Origin: Desulfurococcales archaeon
GTDB lineage: Archaea; Thermoproteota; Thermoprotei_A; Sulfolobales; Acidilobaceae
Reading direction: 5' to 3'
DNA length: 62,812 nucleotides
NCBI GenBank assembly: GCA_015523445.1
Contig: WAKG01000085.1
Location: forward strand, 1 to 62,812
Shown: positions 39,588-48,199 of the stretch, piece by piece
Layout of the letters: the number at the start of each line of letters is the position of its first letter
Position numbering within the stretch: the stretch's first letter is position 1
Notes under the pieces: generated by a model
Told to the model about the DNA's origin: nothing
Database searches by the model: none
What the model saw: the letters and a program-made list of their open reading frames with translations, nothing else
Translations under genes and position numbers: made by a program

Positions 39588-41378
39588 GTGAGTAAGAGTA
39601 AGAAGACAAGTAAGATAACACTAGGCGAGGCACATGCCCGGATAATCCTAGCCGTGGGCGCATACCAGGAGCTGGGTGTAGAGCCGGAATACGGCGATAT
39701 CGCGAGGGCCACGAACAGGAGCCTCTCTAGGATCAGGGCAGTAGTCTCGGAGCTACTAAGGAGCAACCATAATCTTATCAAGAAGGTACCCGACACCCCA
39801 GTCAAGATACTCCTCACCGAGAAGGGGAAGAGGGTATACAAGGAGCTGAAGGCATCAATCTTGAAGAACGCAGAGGAGGTAATCGAGCCATCCAAGCTAA
39901 TCAAACTATTCGAAGACAGAATATATACTGATAGCAGGCAGAAGAAGTCCTTCGGTTCCGTGGAGGTAGCAATAGATACCGTAGTCCCTGCACTGAAGCT
40001 TAGGGAAGTCACGGAGAACCTGAAGAGAGGCTTCGGCCCAAGCCTACTGTACGGGTTATCGATAGAACTGGCAACAGCAACTCAGATAGCATCAGCCTCT
40101 GGTATAGGAAGTATAAGCTTTAACGAGCTATCGAGGCAGGTGATCAACGTCCCAATCAGGGTGGCCCGCGTCACGGATGTATCACTGCCACCACATATAG
40201 AGGGGAGCATAATCCCCATGGAGAGGGCGCGCGGGGCACTACGCTCCGTAACTATATGGCCGGAAAAGTCTAGGGGACGTGACATATACAGCTACGCCGT
40301 TGAGGCCGATGCCCTCGGGCTAGTTAAAGTAGCTAAAAGCGGGAAAGACGAGGTATACCTACAGCCCAAGCTCAATACTGGAATAGACGTCATAGACAAG
40401 CTCTCGGCCATAGGTTTCGATGTACTAGCATCTAATCCGACAAGGGCATGGCTACCCATACTATCAGTATACGGCGATGTAACCACACAGTTCCCAACAA
40501 AAGAAGAAGTGCTCAGCGGGAGCACACCCCTACTCGGCATACTCGGCGATGTAGTAGGCCCTAGCAAGGTGGAGAGATGGACCAAACACATGCTTGGACT
40601 CCAGAAAAGCCTCAATATACCGGCCCTAAACGTAGGGGCACCATATAAGACACTCGGCATAATCGATGTTATCAAGGTTGGCGACGAGAGCAGACTATTA
40701 TCACTCACGGTAGCACGTAGGATTATCGGAAGAAATGTAAAAAACCTACTAGAAGAAGAAGGATACAACATTAATCAGATATACAGGACAGTTGAGGAGA
40801 AGATCAGGAGGATCCTAGAGGATACAGGAGCATACGCCTATGTACTAAAAGAGTTTATAAGGAATGGGTTCATGGATAGAATCCAAGCTCTAGAGGTAGC
40901 AAGGCGACACATAGACAGCAACCCGGAGAGGATCCTAAAAGACCTAGAGAAGCTGGGGTTCATCTACTCAGTCGGGACCGGATACTATAGCGCATGGACC
41001 ATAACACCGATATACTACGAGGAGGATGAGACTCTGAGGACTCTACTGGCTTGGCTGTCAAAGGAGCTAAGAAGCTTTGGGAACGAGATGTACGAGGAAA
41101 TAATAAGGAAATTAATAGAGAATGGAGAAGTTGATATAGTAAACTTAGAATCCAGAACTTTAATTAGGGTAGTACGTGGTCTATCTATACTAGAAAAAAT
41201 GGGTTTAGTACAATTCATAGGAGATGAAACAGTAAAAGTAACAAGCGATAAGGCTCGCAAACTACTGACAACCGCATATATCGAGAAGAAGCTAGGTGTG
41301 GAAATTGGCTCAATAACACCATACGAACGTAAAAAACTACCTGATATAAAAGAAACTATTATAGATAAACTAAAGTAA
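39588..41378 (+). CDS. Large protein with multiple winged-helix domains
   Basis: N-terminal wHTH (YGDIARATNRSLSRIRAVVSEL...LLTEKG) and further wHTH-like units (ADALGLVKV, LKDLEKLGFI, LSILEKMGLV); GTG start with SD GGGGTGA. Confidence 0.7.
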   Translation: MSKSKKTSKITLGEAHARIILAVGAYQELGVEPEYGDIARATNRSLSRIRAVVSELLRSNHNLIKKVPDTPVKILLTEKGKRVYKELKASILKNAEEVIEPSKLIKLFEDRIYTDSRQKKSFGSVEVAIDTVVPALKLREVTENLKRGFGPSLLYGLSIELATATQIASASGIGSISFNELSRQVINVPIRVARVTDVSLPPHIEGSIIPMERARGALRSVTIWPEKSRGRDIYSYAVEADALGLVKVAKSGKDEVYLQPKLNTGIDVIDKLSAIGFDVLASNPTRAWLPILSVYGDVTTQFPTKEEVLSGSTPLLGILGDVVGPSKVERWTKHMLGLQKSLNIPALNVGAPYKTLGIIDVIKVGDESRLLSLTVARRIIGRNVKNLLEEEGYNINQIYRTVEEKIRRILEDTGAYAYVLKEFIRNGFMDRIQALEVARRHIDSNPERILKDLEKLGFIYSVGTGYYSAWTITPIYYEEDETLRTLLAWLSKELRSFGNEMYEEIIRKLIENGEVDIVNLESRTLIRVVRGLSILEKMGLVQFIGDETVKVTSDKARKLLTTAYIEKKLGVEIGSITPYERKKLPDIKETIIDKLK

Positions 41379-41455
41379 AACTTTATTTATTATTAATTTA
41401 TAATAAATTAAAATTTTTATATAATCATTTTAACTATTCATATTAGTATTAATGA
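41379..41455. other. Extremely AT-rich tract
   Basis: About 75 nt nearly all A/T directly after the wHTH gene. Confidence 0.7.
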
Positions 41456-41607
41456 TGGATATGACGGGCTTCTTAGCTAGTCGTGGTATATGATGTCTTA
41501 TAATGAGTTTTTAATTGTATGTGGTGTTTGATGACTTGTCTCCACTATATACTCTGGAGTGGCACTTGGGTCGTGGTGGTGGTTGGCTTCATTGTAGGTG
41601 TTTATGG

Positions 41608-42108
41608 GTGATTGGGGATGCTAGGCTGTTGTTGCTACTTCCCTGCAATCCGGGGGTTAGGATGGGGGACTATACCCTTGGCCAGAACTGGAGGGTTGTG
41701 CTAGGTGTTGTGGATGACCTAGTAGGCTCCGGCATACTCGACCTTGCAGCAATCGATAGCTGCAAGCCGGGAGTTGTAAGGTGGGGGGAGGAGCATGTGT
41801 ATAGGTGGTGTGATGTGAGGCCCCTGTGGCACGAACTCTATAAGAGGGAGCCCTGGAGGCTGGAGCTGCTGGTGGCTGGGGTTGCTGAGGACCTTAGGAG
41901 TCTGGCCCTAGAGTATAGGGCTCTGGCGGCCTACGTCAATGTGAGGGCCTATAGGACCGCCTTGGAGCTTGCCATGGCCAGGTCTGGGGTTAAGGTCCAC
42001 ATCTTGGGGCCCCCTAGGCTGAGCCCCCTGAGCTATAGGAGTAGGAGGAGCCTGGAGGCGCTGCGCAGGGGGCTCATGGGCCTGGCTAGGGCTACGGTCA
42101 CGCTCTAG
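41608..42108 (+). CDS. DUF5591/ArcS C-terminal-like protein
   Basis: LLLLPC...Y...IDS..GVV...E..Y...D..P.W pattern resembling ArcS LLPCS.KPY...SPLG.VP..E..YP...YD.P; GTG start with SD AGGTG. Confidence 0.55.
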   Translation: MIGDARLLLLLPCNPGVRMGDYTLGQNWRVVLGVVDDLVGSGILDLAAIDSCKPGVVRWGEEHVYRWCDVRPLWHELYKREPWRLELLVAGVAEDLRSLALEYRALAAYVNVRAYRTALELAMARSGVKVHILGPPRLSPLSYRSRRSLEALRRGLMGLARATVTL

Positions 42109-42117
42109 GGGTGGGTT

Positions 42118-42891
42118 GTGGTGGTCAGGGTCTTCCTTGTGTTGCCGGATCTCTCACGCTCTAAGGCGGAGGCTCTGGCTAGGCTGGGCGGGGTGGATGT
42201 GCTTCTTAGCTATACTATATTGAGGTGGAAGCCCTCGGCCCTAGAGAGGCTCCGGGTGTTGAGGAGTAGGCTGGGAGATGTTATGCTAGACTCCGGGGCC
42301 TACCACCAGGGGAGGGGTGAGGCATGGGTGGACCCTGCCAGCTATGCTAGCTTCATCCAGGATAATAGGGGTCTCTTCGCCTACGTGGTCGCCCCCGACC
42401 ATCCCGGGGATCCAGGGGAGACGCTTGCCAGGACTCTCAGCTTCATGGAGCACTACCACGGGGAGTTCATACCCGTAGTCCAGCCCGGCCCGGGTCACGG
42501 GCCCCACACTCATATAGCGATGGTGGAGGAGCTTGACCGCGCCGGGATACTGGACAGGGCTCCTAGGGTAGGAGGAGGAGTACTGGTAGGGGTTGGGGGC
42601 CTTGACGGGGAGAGGAGGAGGGTGAGCTACGTGGCAACCCTTGTGGGAGAGGCTGGTAGGGAGTATCCATGGCTCAGGCTCCATCTATTCGGGGCGGGAG
42701 CTAGGATCCTAGGAGGCCTGGCAAGGAGGGGGCTACTAGATCAGGTTTACAGCGTTGACTCCAGCGGGTGGCTCGCGGAGATCATGTGGAGGAGGCGCAC
42801 GGTGCACAATGCAGATACGCCGCTAGAGGCTAACACTAGGGCTATAGAGACATATATAGAGAAGGTTAGGCAGGCGATAGAGGAGGCCTAG
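42118..42891 (+). CDS. Minimal tRNA-guanine transglycosylase-fold protein (DpdA-like)
   Basis: MLDSGAY, APD, PVVQ, GVGGL, LHLFG and SVDSSGW in TGT order; no Zn-binding CxCxxC and no PUA domain. Confidence 0.8.
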   Translation: MVVRVFLVLPDLSRSKAEALARLGGVDVLLSYTILRWKPSALERLRVLRSRLGDVMLDSGAYHQGRGEAWVDPASYASFIQDNRGLFAYVVAPDHPGDPGETLARTLSFMEHYHGEFIPVVQPGPGHGPHTHIAMVEELDRAGILDRAPRVGGGVLVGVGGLDGERRRVSYVATLVGEAGREYPWLRLHLFGAGARILGGLARRGLLDQVYSVDSSGWLAEIMWRRRTVHNADTPLEANTRAIETYIEKVRQAIEEA

Positions 42892-43097
42892 CCTCTATGT
42901 TCTCCACCTATGCATCCACTGTCTATGATCTTCTTGAGCCTGGCCAACTCGTCATATATCTCCTCGATCCAGGAGAGGACCGCTAGGGCCTCACCTCGTA
43001 GCTCTGGCTTAGATAGTATCGGGGTTAGGCTCTTCTCGAGCATCTCCATCCTTACGTAGATCCTATCCAGCGCCTCCCCGGGGCTGCATTCCGCCAC
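42888..43097 (-). CDS. Hypothetical helical protein
   Basis: 69 aa, start overlaps the upstream stop, genome-typical codons. Confidence 0.6.
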   Translation of the reverse strand: MAECSPGEALDRIYVRMEMLEKSLTPILSKPELRGEALAVLSWIEEIYDELARLKKIIDSGCIGGEHRG

Positions 43098-43873
43098 TAT
43101 TCCCCGCCCTCCGCCAAGGCGTTAAGTATCTCCACCGCCGCCAGGTAGAGGACTGACTCCATCCTGGACTCCTGCTTCACCGATTTCAGGTAGACCTCTG
43201 CACTAGGCTCGAGGGGGGACAGGTGGCTGCTGTATTGGCTGTAGAGTGTCACCAGGGATAGGGCTTCTAGCCTGGGATACCTGTACTGGAGGCTGTATAG
43301 GGGGGCTGTGAGGCTGTCAACAGCATATACGCCCTCCACGCCTATGTAACGCTCTACATCCCCATAGCTCCAGGGGAGCCTAGGATGGTCTACGGTCACG
43401 CTCATCCCCACAACGTACTCGAAGTCTGCAAACCTAACCTCGAGTATGTTGGTTGCCACCCCGAGCAGCCTGGATGAGGCTAGCACTGGGAGCCCTGGCT
43501 CGATGAGCCTAGTGCTGGAAGAGTCACGGGGCACTGCAGCCCTAGCTATCAGTACAAGGTCCTGGCTAAGCCCCCTCCTAACCCTATACCCTCTATGGAT
43601 AAGTATAACCCTCCTAACACCCATAGAGTACAGCTCCGACACGGCCTCCACGACGGCCTGGGGATAGGGGGGCACAAGCTGGATTACTAGCTCTAGGCCT
43701 AGCTGGGTGCCGACTAGGCTCTTGAAGCCAGGTATGCCCTCATACTCCCCTATAATCCTTTCGATACCCCTCTTGGCCCCGTTGAACGCCTCTATACTGT
43801 CAAGGATCACAGCGTTTGCCCCAGCCAGCGAGCCGTGGATACCGGTTACTGGGCCTATTCCGGTGGCCGACAC
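43097..43873 (-). CDS. Nucleoside phosphorylase (PNP/UDP) fold protein, degenerate
   Basis: ELYSMGVRRVI, LVLIARAAVPRDSSS, G..VTVD and AVD...APL fold pattern; catalytic motifs altered. Confidence 0.7.
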   Translation of the reverse strand: MSATGIGPVTGIHGSLAGANAVILDSIEAFNGAKRGIERIIGEYEGIPGFKSLVGTQLGLELVIQLVPPYPQAVVEAVSELYSMGVRRVILIHRGYRVRRGLSQDLVLIARAAVPRDSSSTRLIEPGLPVLASSRLLGVATNILEVRFADFEYVVGMSVTVDHPRLPWSYGDVERYIGVEGVYAVDSLTAPLYSLQYRYPRLEALSLVTLYSQYSSHLSPLEPSAEVYLKSVKQESRMESVLYLAAVEILNALAEGGE

Positions 43874-43953
43874 CTACTACCCCTCCGGGGGTCAATACTT
43901 TTATTTCTAGCAATATATGCTAGGATGGGGGTATATAAGGAGGGGGGTGAGTT

Positions 43954-44334
43954 TTGACACAGGTAATAGAGAGGATCAAGGAAACGCCACGGGTCGTAGG
44001 GACACATGTATACGGCAACCTGGTGGGATGCCGGAACACAGGTCTGCTCAGGGACATAGAGGGGCTGAAACAGTTGGTTGTGGAGGCAGCTGGTAAGGGT
44101 AACATGACGGTGCTAGACGTGAAGGCGTGGAGGATAGGTGAGGGGGCCAGCGTCGTAGCCATAATACTAGAGAGCCACATAACAGTACATACATGGCCCG
44201 AGTTCAACTACGCCACCGTAGACGTCTACAGCTGCGGGGCCCACACCAACCCGCTGGAGGCATTCAACCACATAGTGGCAGCCCTAAGACCCATCAGGGT
44301 AGAGAGGGGCATGGCAGACAGGAGCCTGGAATAG
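43954..44334 (+). CDS. speH: S-adenosylmethionine decarboxylase proenzyme
   Basis: [13 protein letters not shown] pyruvoyl site and YSCG; WRIGEG fits the crenarchaeal SAMDC rather than the ArgDC paralog. Confidence 0.88.
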   Translation: MTQVIERIKETPRVVGTHVYGNLVGCRNTGLLRDIEGLKQLVVEAAGKGNMTVLDVKAWRIGEGASVVAIILESHITVHTWPEFNYATVDVYSCGAHTNPLEAFNHIVAALRPIRVERGMADRSLE

Positions 44335-44338
44335 TAAC

Positions 44339-44422
44339 GCCCCCCGGGGGGCATACTGCCCCGGGGGGCACCATACAGCGGGAGCAACAAGGGGAATCAA
44401 CACCCCTTCTTTCCCTCATACA
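44339..44422. other. Two tandem GC-rich hairpins downstream of speH
   Basis: GCCCCCCGGGG..CCCCGGGGGGC (44339-44369) and GGGA..AAGGGG/CCCCTT..TCCC (44380-44415). Confidence 0.5.
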
Positions 44423-44471
44423 CGCCAGGCCAGCTACACCTATATGCAGGGCCTAGACGGGTGTCAACGAT

Positions 44472-45344
44472 TTGCCCCTATGCATAGTGCTTGCTGGAGG
44501 CGCCTCCCTCCGCTTCCCCGGGGGGAAACTATCATCGAGGCTGCTGGGCGAGCCCCTACTCCTTAGAGTGGTTAGGGCCCTTGAGTCGAGTGGCCTCTGT
44601 AGGGAGCTAGCAGTTTCAACTAGCCCAGTAGCTCTAGGGGAGGTGGATAGACTGCTAGAAGGCGCCTACGACGTGGTCGTAGACTATAGCTGGCTGCCCT
44701 GCAGGGGGCCCTCGAGGGGAATCGCCTCCGCAACAATCCACTACGCCCCACGGGAGATACTGCTGGCTGCAGGAGACATGGCGTGGCTCACCCCCCAGCC
44801 ACTGGAGGCTCTAGTAGATGAGGCTAGGAGGAGGGGGGCCACTGCAGCGGCTCCAATGTGGGCCACTGGCTTCCTACAGACGCTGGCAGGATATATACGG
44901 GAGCCTTGGCTGGCTGTGGAGTCCTGCCTTAGGAGGGGCCGCTTGGCGAGGCCTAGTGACGTGTATCGATCCGCCTCGAAGCCTCTCGTGATAGGCTCGG
45001 CCCATCTGGGGGATAGGGATGGTAGGACCTTCATGAGTGTAAACACTGTGGAGGAGATGCTTAGGCCCCGGCCCGACCCTCCAGGTCATAGTGTTACTGA
45101 TGCCTCTGAGGCATCCGGGATTCATAGGATGGCCCTGGCCAGGTCCTCCGCCAGCCTGGCTGGAGGCCTCGTGTACTACTGGCTGGAGGCGCGGTGGTAT
45201 AGAGAGGCTGGGATCCTCCACCTTGCCCGGCACGCTTGGCAGGATTACTGCTGGGCCCTGCATGCTGCTGGGTATAGTGGTGGGCCTTCCGGTAGATCCT
45301 CGTTAATGCCTTGCAGAGTTAGGACCTTGCAAGCTACCGGATAG
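44472..45344 (+). CDS. mobA: Molybdenum cofactor guanylyltransferase
   Basis: IVLAGGASLRF, GPSRGI, AGDM, SVNT; fdh context. Confidence 0.85.
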   Translation: MPLCIVLAGGASLRFPGGKLSSRLLGEPLLLRVVRALESSGLCRELAVSTSPVALGEVDRLLEGAYDVVVDYSWLPCRGPSRGIASATIHYAPREILLAAGDMAWLTPQPLEALVDEARRRGATAAAPMWATGFLQTLAGYIREPWLAVESCLRRGRLARPSDVYRSASKPLVIGSAHLGDRDGRTFMSVNTVEEMLRPRPDPPGHSVTDASEASGIHRMALARSSASLAGGLVYYWLEARWYREAGILHLARHAWQDYCWALHAAGYSGGPSGRSSLMPCRVRTLQATG

Positions 45345-46079
45345 CAGGACTATGCCCCTTCCCCTACCATTCTTGGCATTGGAGACTAGTGTGAGGCCCA
45401 GCCTCCTAGCGGCCTCGACCCCACTCATCAGGGGGCCCCTCATAGTTACTATCAGCCCTACTCCAGCACTGGCTAGCCTGTAGACCATGTCTGCCGAGGC
45501 CCTCCCGGTTGTCACGGCAGCTAGGCGGGGCTTATCTAGCAGCCCGTGTACCAGGGCTAGCCCTATAGCCTTGAGCACAGCCGTATGCCTACTAGTATCG
45601 TGGGCCACCACTGTGACCCCCTCGTCTAGGCTGTATATTGCAGCTGTATGGGCTGAGATCCTGTACCTTACCCCGGCCGTCCTACCCGAGAAGTCCTTGA
45701 ATAGATGCATAACGTCGCCCCACGTATATAGATCCCTGGCCAGGGGCTTGTATGTCGCTATGCCCGCTGGCGCCCCGCACTCACCCGGGTTTAGTAGCAT
45801 GGGCTTGGGAGCTATCGCCCTTAGCCCCATCACCTTTATGGAGCCCCCTAGGACCTCCACCCTCACTCGGCTAGGATCTATGCCGGGATGCTCACCCGCT
45901 GCCAGGCCTAGGCCTGCCTCCTCGAGGTTGACCGGCATCGCCACTATATCTCCGTAGAGTACTCCATCAACGTATACCTTGTAAAGAGAGTCGATCGCTA
46001 TCCTGACACCCTCGATCTCCCTGTAGAAGACCCCTGTCTCTCCTTCTACCCTAAACTTGGTGACGCTACTCAGGCTCAC
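45303..46079 (-). CDS. fdhD: Formate dehydrogenase accessory sulfurtransferase
   Basis: ECG, HTAA, DTSRHTAVLKAIG, TTGRASADMV. Confidence 0.9.
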   Translation of the reverse strand: MSLSSVTKFRVEGETGVFYREIEGVRIAIDSLYKVYVDGVLYGDIVAMPVNLEEAGLGLAAGEHPGIDPSRVRVEVLGGSIKVMGLRAIAPKPMLLNPGECGAPAGIATYKPLARDLYTWGDVMHLFKDFSGRTAGVRYRISAHTAAIYSLDEGVTVVAHDTSRHTAVLKAIGLALVHGLLDKPRLAAVTTGRASADMVYRLASAGVGLIVTMRGPLMSGVEAARRLGLTLVSNAKNGRGRGIVLLSGSLQGPNSARH

Positions 46080-46083
46080 GGCT

Positions 46084-46680
46084 CTAGCCCCCCAGAAGCA
46101 TTGTGACTAGTAGCACCTCAACCTGCCTGGGCCTCACACTAGTTACTACTAGCCTGTACCCGCAGGACCTGCACTCCCTCACCTCTAGTACCCCTGGCTG
46201 GACTATGTAGATGTTGAAGAAGCCTCTGCCACGGGATCCACATGAAGGGCACTCCCACTCATCCACCCTCCACTCCATCCCACAGGCGCATCTAGCTGTC
46301 GGCGTGTAGCCATCGAATATGCCCTGGTTAACCCTAGAGAGTGTTATGAGCCTGGGGGTGGAGCCGCATACAGAGCACCTCGCTCCCTTAGGCCTTGGTG
46401 CATGGGCCCGTAGGTCTAGGTATATCCTCCTGGCCACCAGGTACCTTGCCAGCTCCATGCTTCCAGTTACCTCTCCGGCTACACTCAGGAGCTCGTCTAG
46501 GTTGGAGACCCTGGAGGCTAGCGGAGCCCCGCCACCCGGCTCCAGTCTAGGTTGGGGTAGCTTTGATGCTAGGCTCTCTAGCTCCTCCGCCTCCCTGGCT
46601 AGGCTCTCTAGGTCCTCACTGCAGCTATCGCTACATAGCTTGGCTAGGCCCCTGAGGAGGGGGTATCTCAGGGCGTTCAC
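46084..46680 (-). CDS. FdhE-like Cys-rich accessory protein
   Basis: CSVCG, CACG.EW, CPSCG, CRSCG; within the fdh operon. Confidence 0.75.
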   Translation of the reverse strand: MNALRYPLLRGLAKLCSDSCSEDLESLAREAEELESLASKLPQPRLEPGGGAPLASRVSNLDELLSVAGEVTGSMELARYLVARRIYLDLRAHAPRPKGARCSVCGSTPRLITLSRVNQGIFDGYTPTARCACGMEWRVDEWECPSCGSRGRGFFNIYIVQPGVLEVRECRSCGYRLVVTSVRPRQVEVLLVTMLLGG

Positions 46681-47384
46681 TCCTCGCCTCCCCTGACTCC
46701 TAGGTGCTCGGCTGCCCAGTCCTCTGGCACCTCTCCGCTGGTGAACATTGCCCTAAGTAGGGGCCTGTTGGATGGGTGTAGGGTGGCGTATGTGTGGAGT
46801 AGTAGGAAGCCCAGTGCTAGGGCGAAGCCTATGTCGTGTAGGGCGTACATGAGCCTGGTGGTTGATAGGCTTAGGCCTAACTGCTCCTTGTATAGTAGTG
46901 CTACTCCGCTTATGGATAGGAGTATTGTTGAGGCGAGTAGAAGTATGAAGAGCCAGCCGGTGAGGACGTTGTACCTGCCCATTCTAGCCTTTACCTCCCA
47001 TGGTATGGGCTTGCCTAGCGTGTAGTGCTTGACTAGCGCCGCTGCTTCCCTAGCCTGCTCGCCTAGGCTCCTGGCTATGGCTTTGAGTATGTGGAACTTC
47101 CTGTTGAATGACAAGTAGTAGACTAGGTATACTACCACGAAGGCGCCCCAGGCTAGGCCTACTACCCTATGCCAGGTCCTAGCCCACTGGATCCCCACAA
47201 CGACGGGGTCTGCATCCACGCCCTCCAGGGTTGATAGGGGCTGGCCTATTGCTAGGGCTATCCACGACGTCGCGTCGGAGGCGAACAGCATGAGGCCAGA
47301 CACTATTAGGGAGATGAATAGTATAAGGTTGACTAGGTGTCCTGCCCTATAGGCCAAGTCCATCACCCTTATCCTCCTACTCAC
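46677..47384 (-). CDS. fdnI: Formate dehydrogenase cytochrome b (gamma) subunit
   Basis: Four TM helices with heme His (GHLVN, WHR, LHD, LHT); GRYN motif. Confidence 0.88.
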   Translation of the reverse strand: MSRRIRVMDLAYRAGHLVNLILFISLIVSGLMLFASDATSWIALAIGQPLSTLEGVDADPVVVGIQWARTWHRVVGLAWGAFVVVYLVYYLSFNRKFHILKAIARSLGEQAREAAALVKHYTLGKPIPWEVKARMGRYNVLTGWLFILLLASTILLSISGVALLYKEQLGLSLSTTRLMYALHDIGFALALGFLLLHTYATLHPSNRPLLRAMFTSGEVPEDWAAEHLGVRGGEE

Positions 47385-48199
47385 TCCTCACCACCTCCCT
47401 CCTCCCCAGGCTTCTGCCTAGAGGCCCTCCACGATACTAGGCCTAGGACTGCCAAGGCTGCCAGGGCAGCAGTGCCCCCATACTTCACCACGCCCTGCAG
47501 CGTCTCCCTGATTGACTGAGAGGCCACGCTGGCATCCTCGGGGAAGTGATCCTTCAGGACCTGCGACTTCTCGCCTGATACAGCATAGATCCACCTGGTA
47601 TACCCTCCAACGTAGTCGGGCAGGTCTAGGCCGTAGACCTCCTTACCCTCGCCCTTGAGCCTGGAGGCCTCTGCCCTAACCTCCTCTATGGGGCCGAAGA
47701 TGAACACGCCGGTGGGGCAGACCTCGACACACGCTGGCTCGAGGCCCTCCTGTAGCCTATCTACGCAGAACGTGCACTTGTAATACTTCCCCGTGTCCTC
47801 GCTCCTCCTGGGTATGTTGTATGGGCATGCTGCCTCGCAGTAGCCGCAGCCTATGCAGTCTGGCTCGTTGATCACCACTGCGCCCTCCTTGGTGGTTATT
47901 ATTGCCCCGACCGGGCAAGCCCTCTCGCAGGGGGCGTCGGCGCAGTGGAGGCAGTTGTATGGGAGGGGCTGTATGTAGGGGTCTTCGAAGCCCGAGAGGT
48001 AAAGGATCCTGACCTCCTTGAATATAACCAGCTTCCAGGTGTTGGCGTCCAGGTCTGGGGGGCTGGTTATCCCTGCATCCGTTGGCCAGGCGAAGGATAG
48101 GGTCTCAGCGGGCCTGCCGTTCCACTCCTTACACGCTACCTGGCAGGCCCTGCACCCTATGCACTTGTCCAGGTCCACAAGTATACCATAGCCCTGCAC
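47381..48199 (-). CDS. fdnH: Formate dehydrogenase Fe-S (beta) subunit
   Basis: CIGCRACQVACKEWN, four 4Fe-4S motifs, C-terminal TM anchor. Confidence 0.92.
   Translation of the reverse strand: MQGYGILVDLDKCIGCRACQVACKEWNGRPAETLSFAWPTDAGITSPPDLDANTWKLVIFKEVRILYLSGFEDPYIQPLPYNCLHCADAPCERACPVGAIITTKEGAVVINEPDCIGCGYCEAACPYNIPRRSEDTGKYYKCTFCVDRLQEGLEPACVEVCPTGVFIFGPIEEVRAEASRLKGEGKEVYGLDLPDYVGGYTRWIYAVSGEKSQVLKDHFPEDASVASQSIRETLQGVVKYGGTAALAALAVLGLVSWRASRQKPGEEGGGEE

Noticed and set aside
43954..44334. Arginine decarboxylase paralog
   Set aside because: The WRIGEG and YSCG pattern fits SAMDC better than the longer GGVS-loop ArgDC type.
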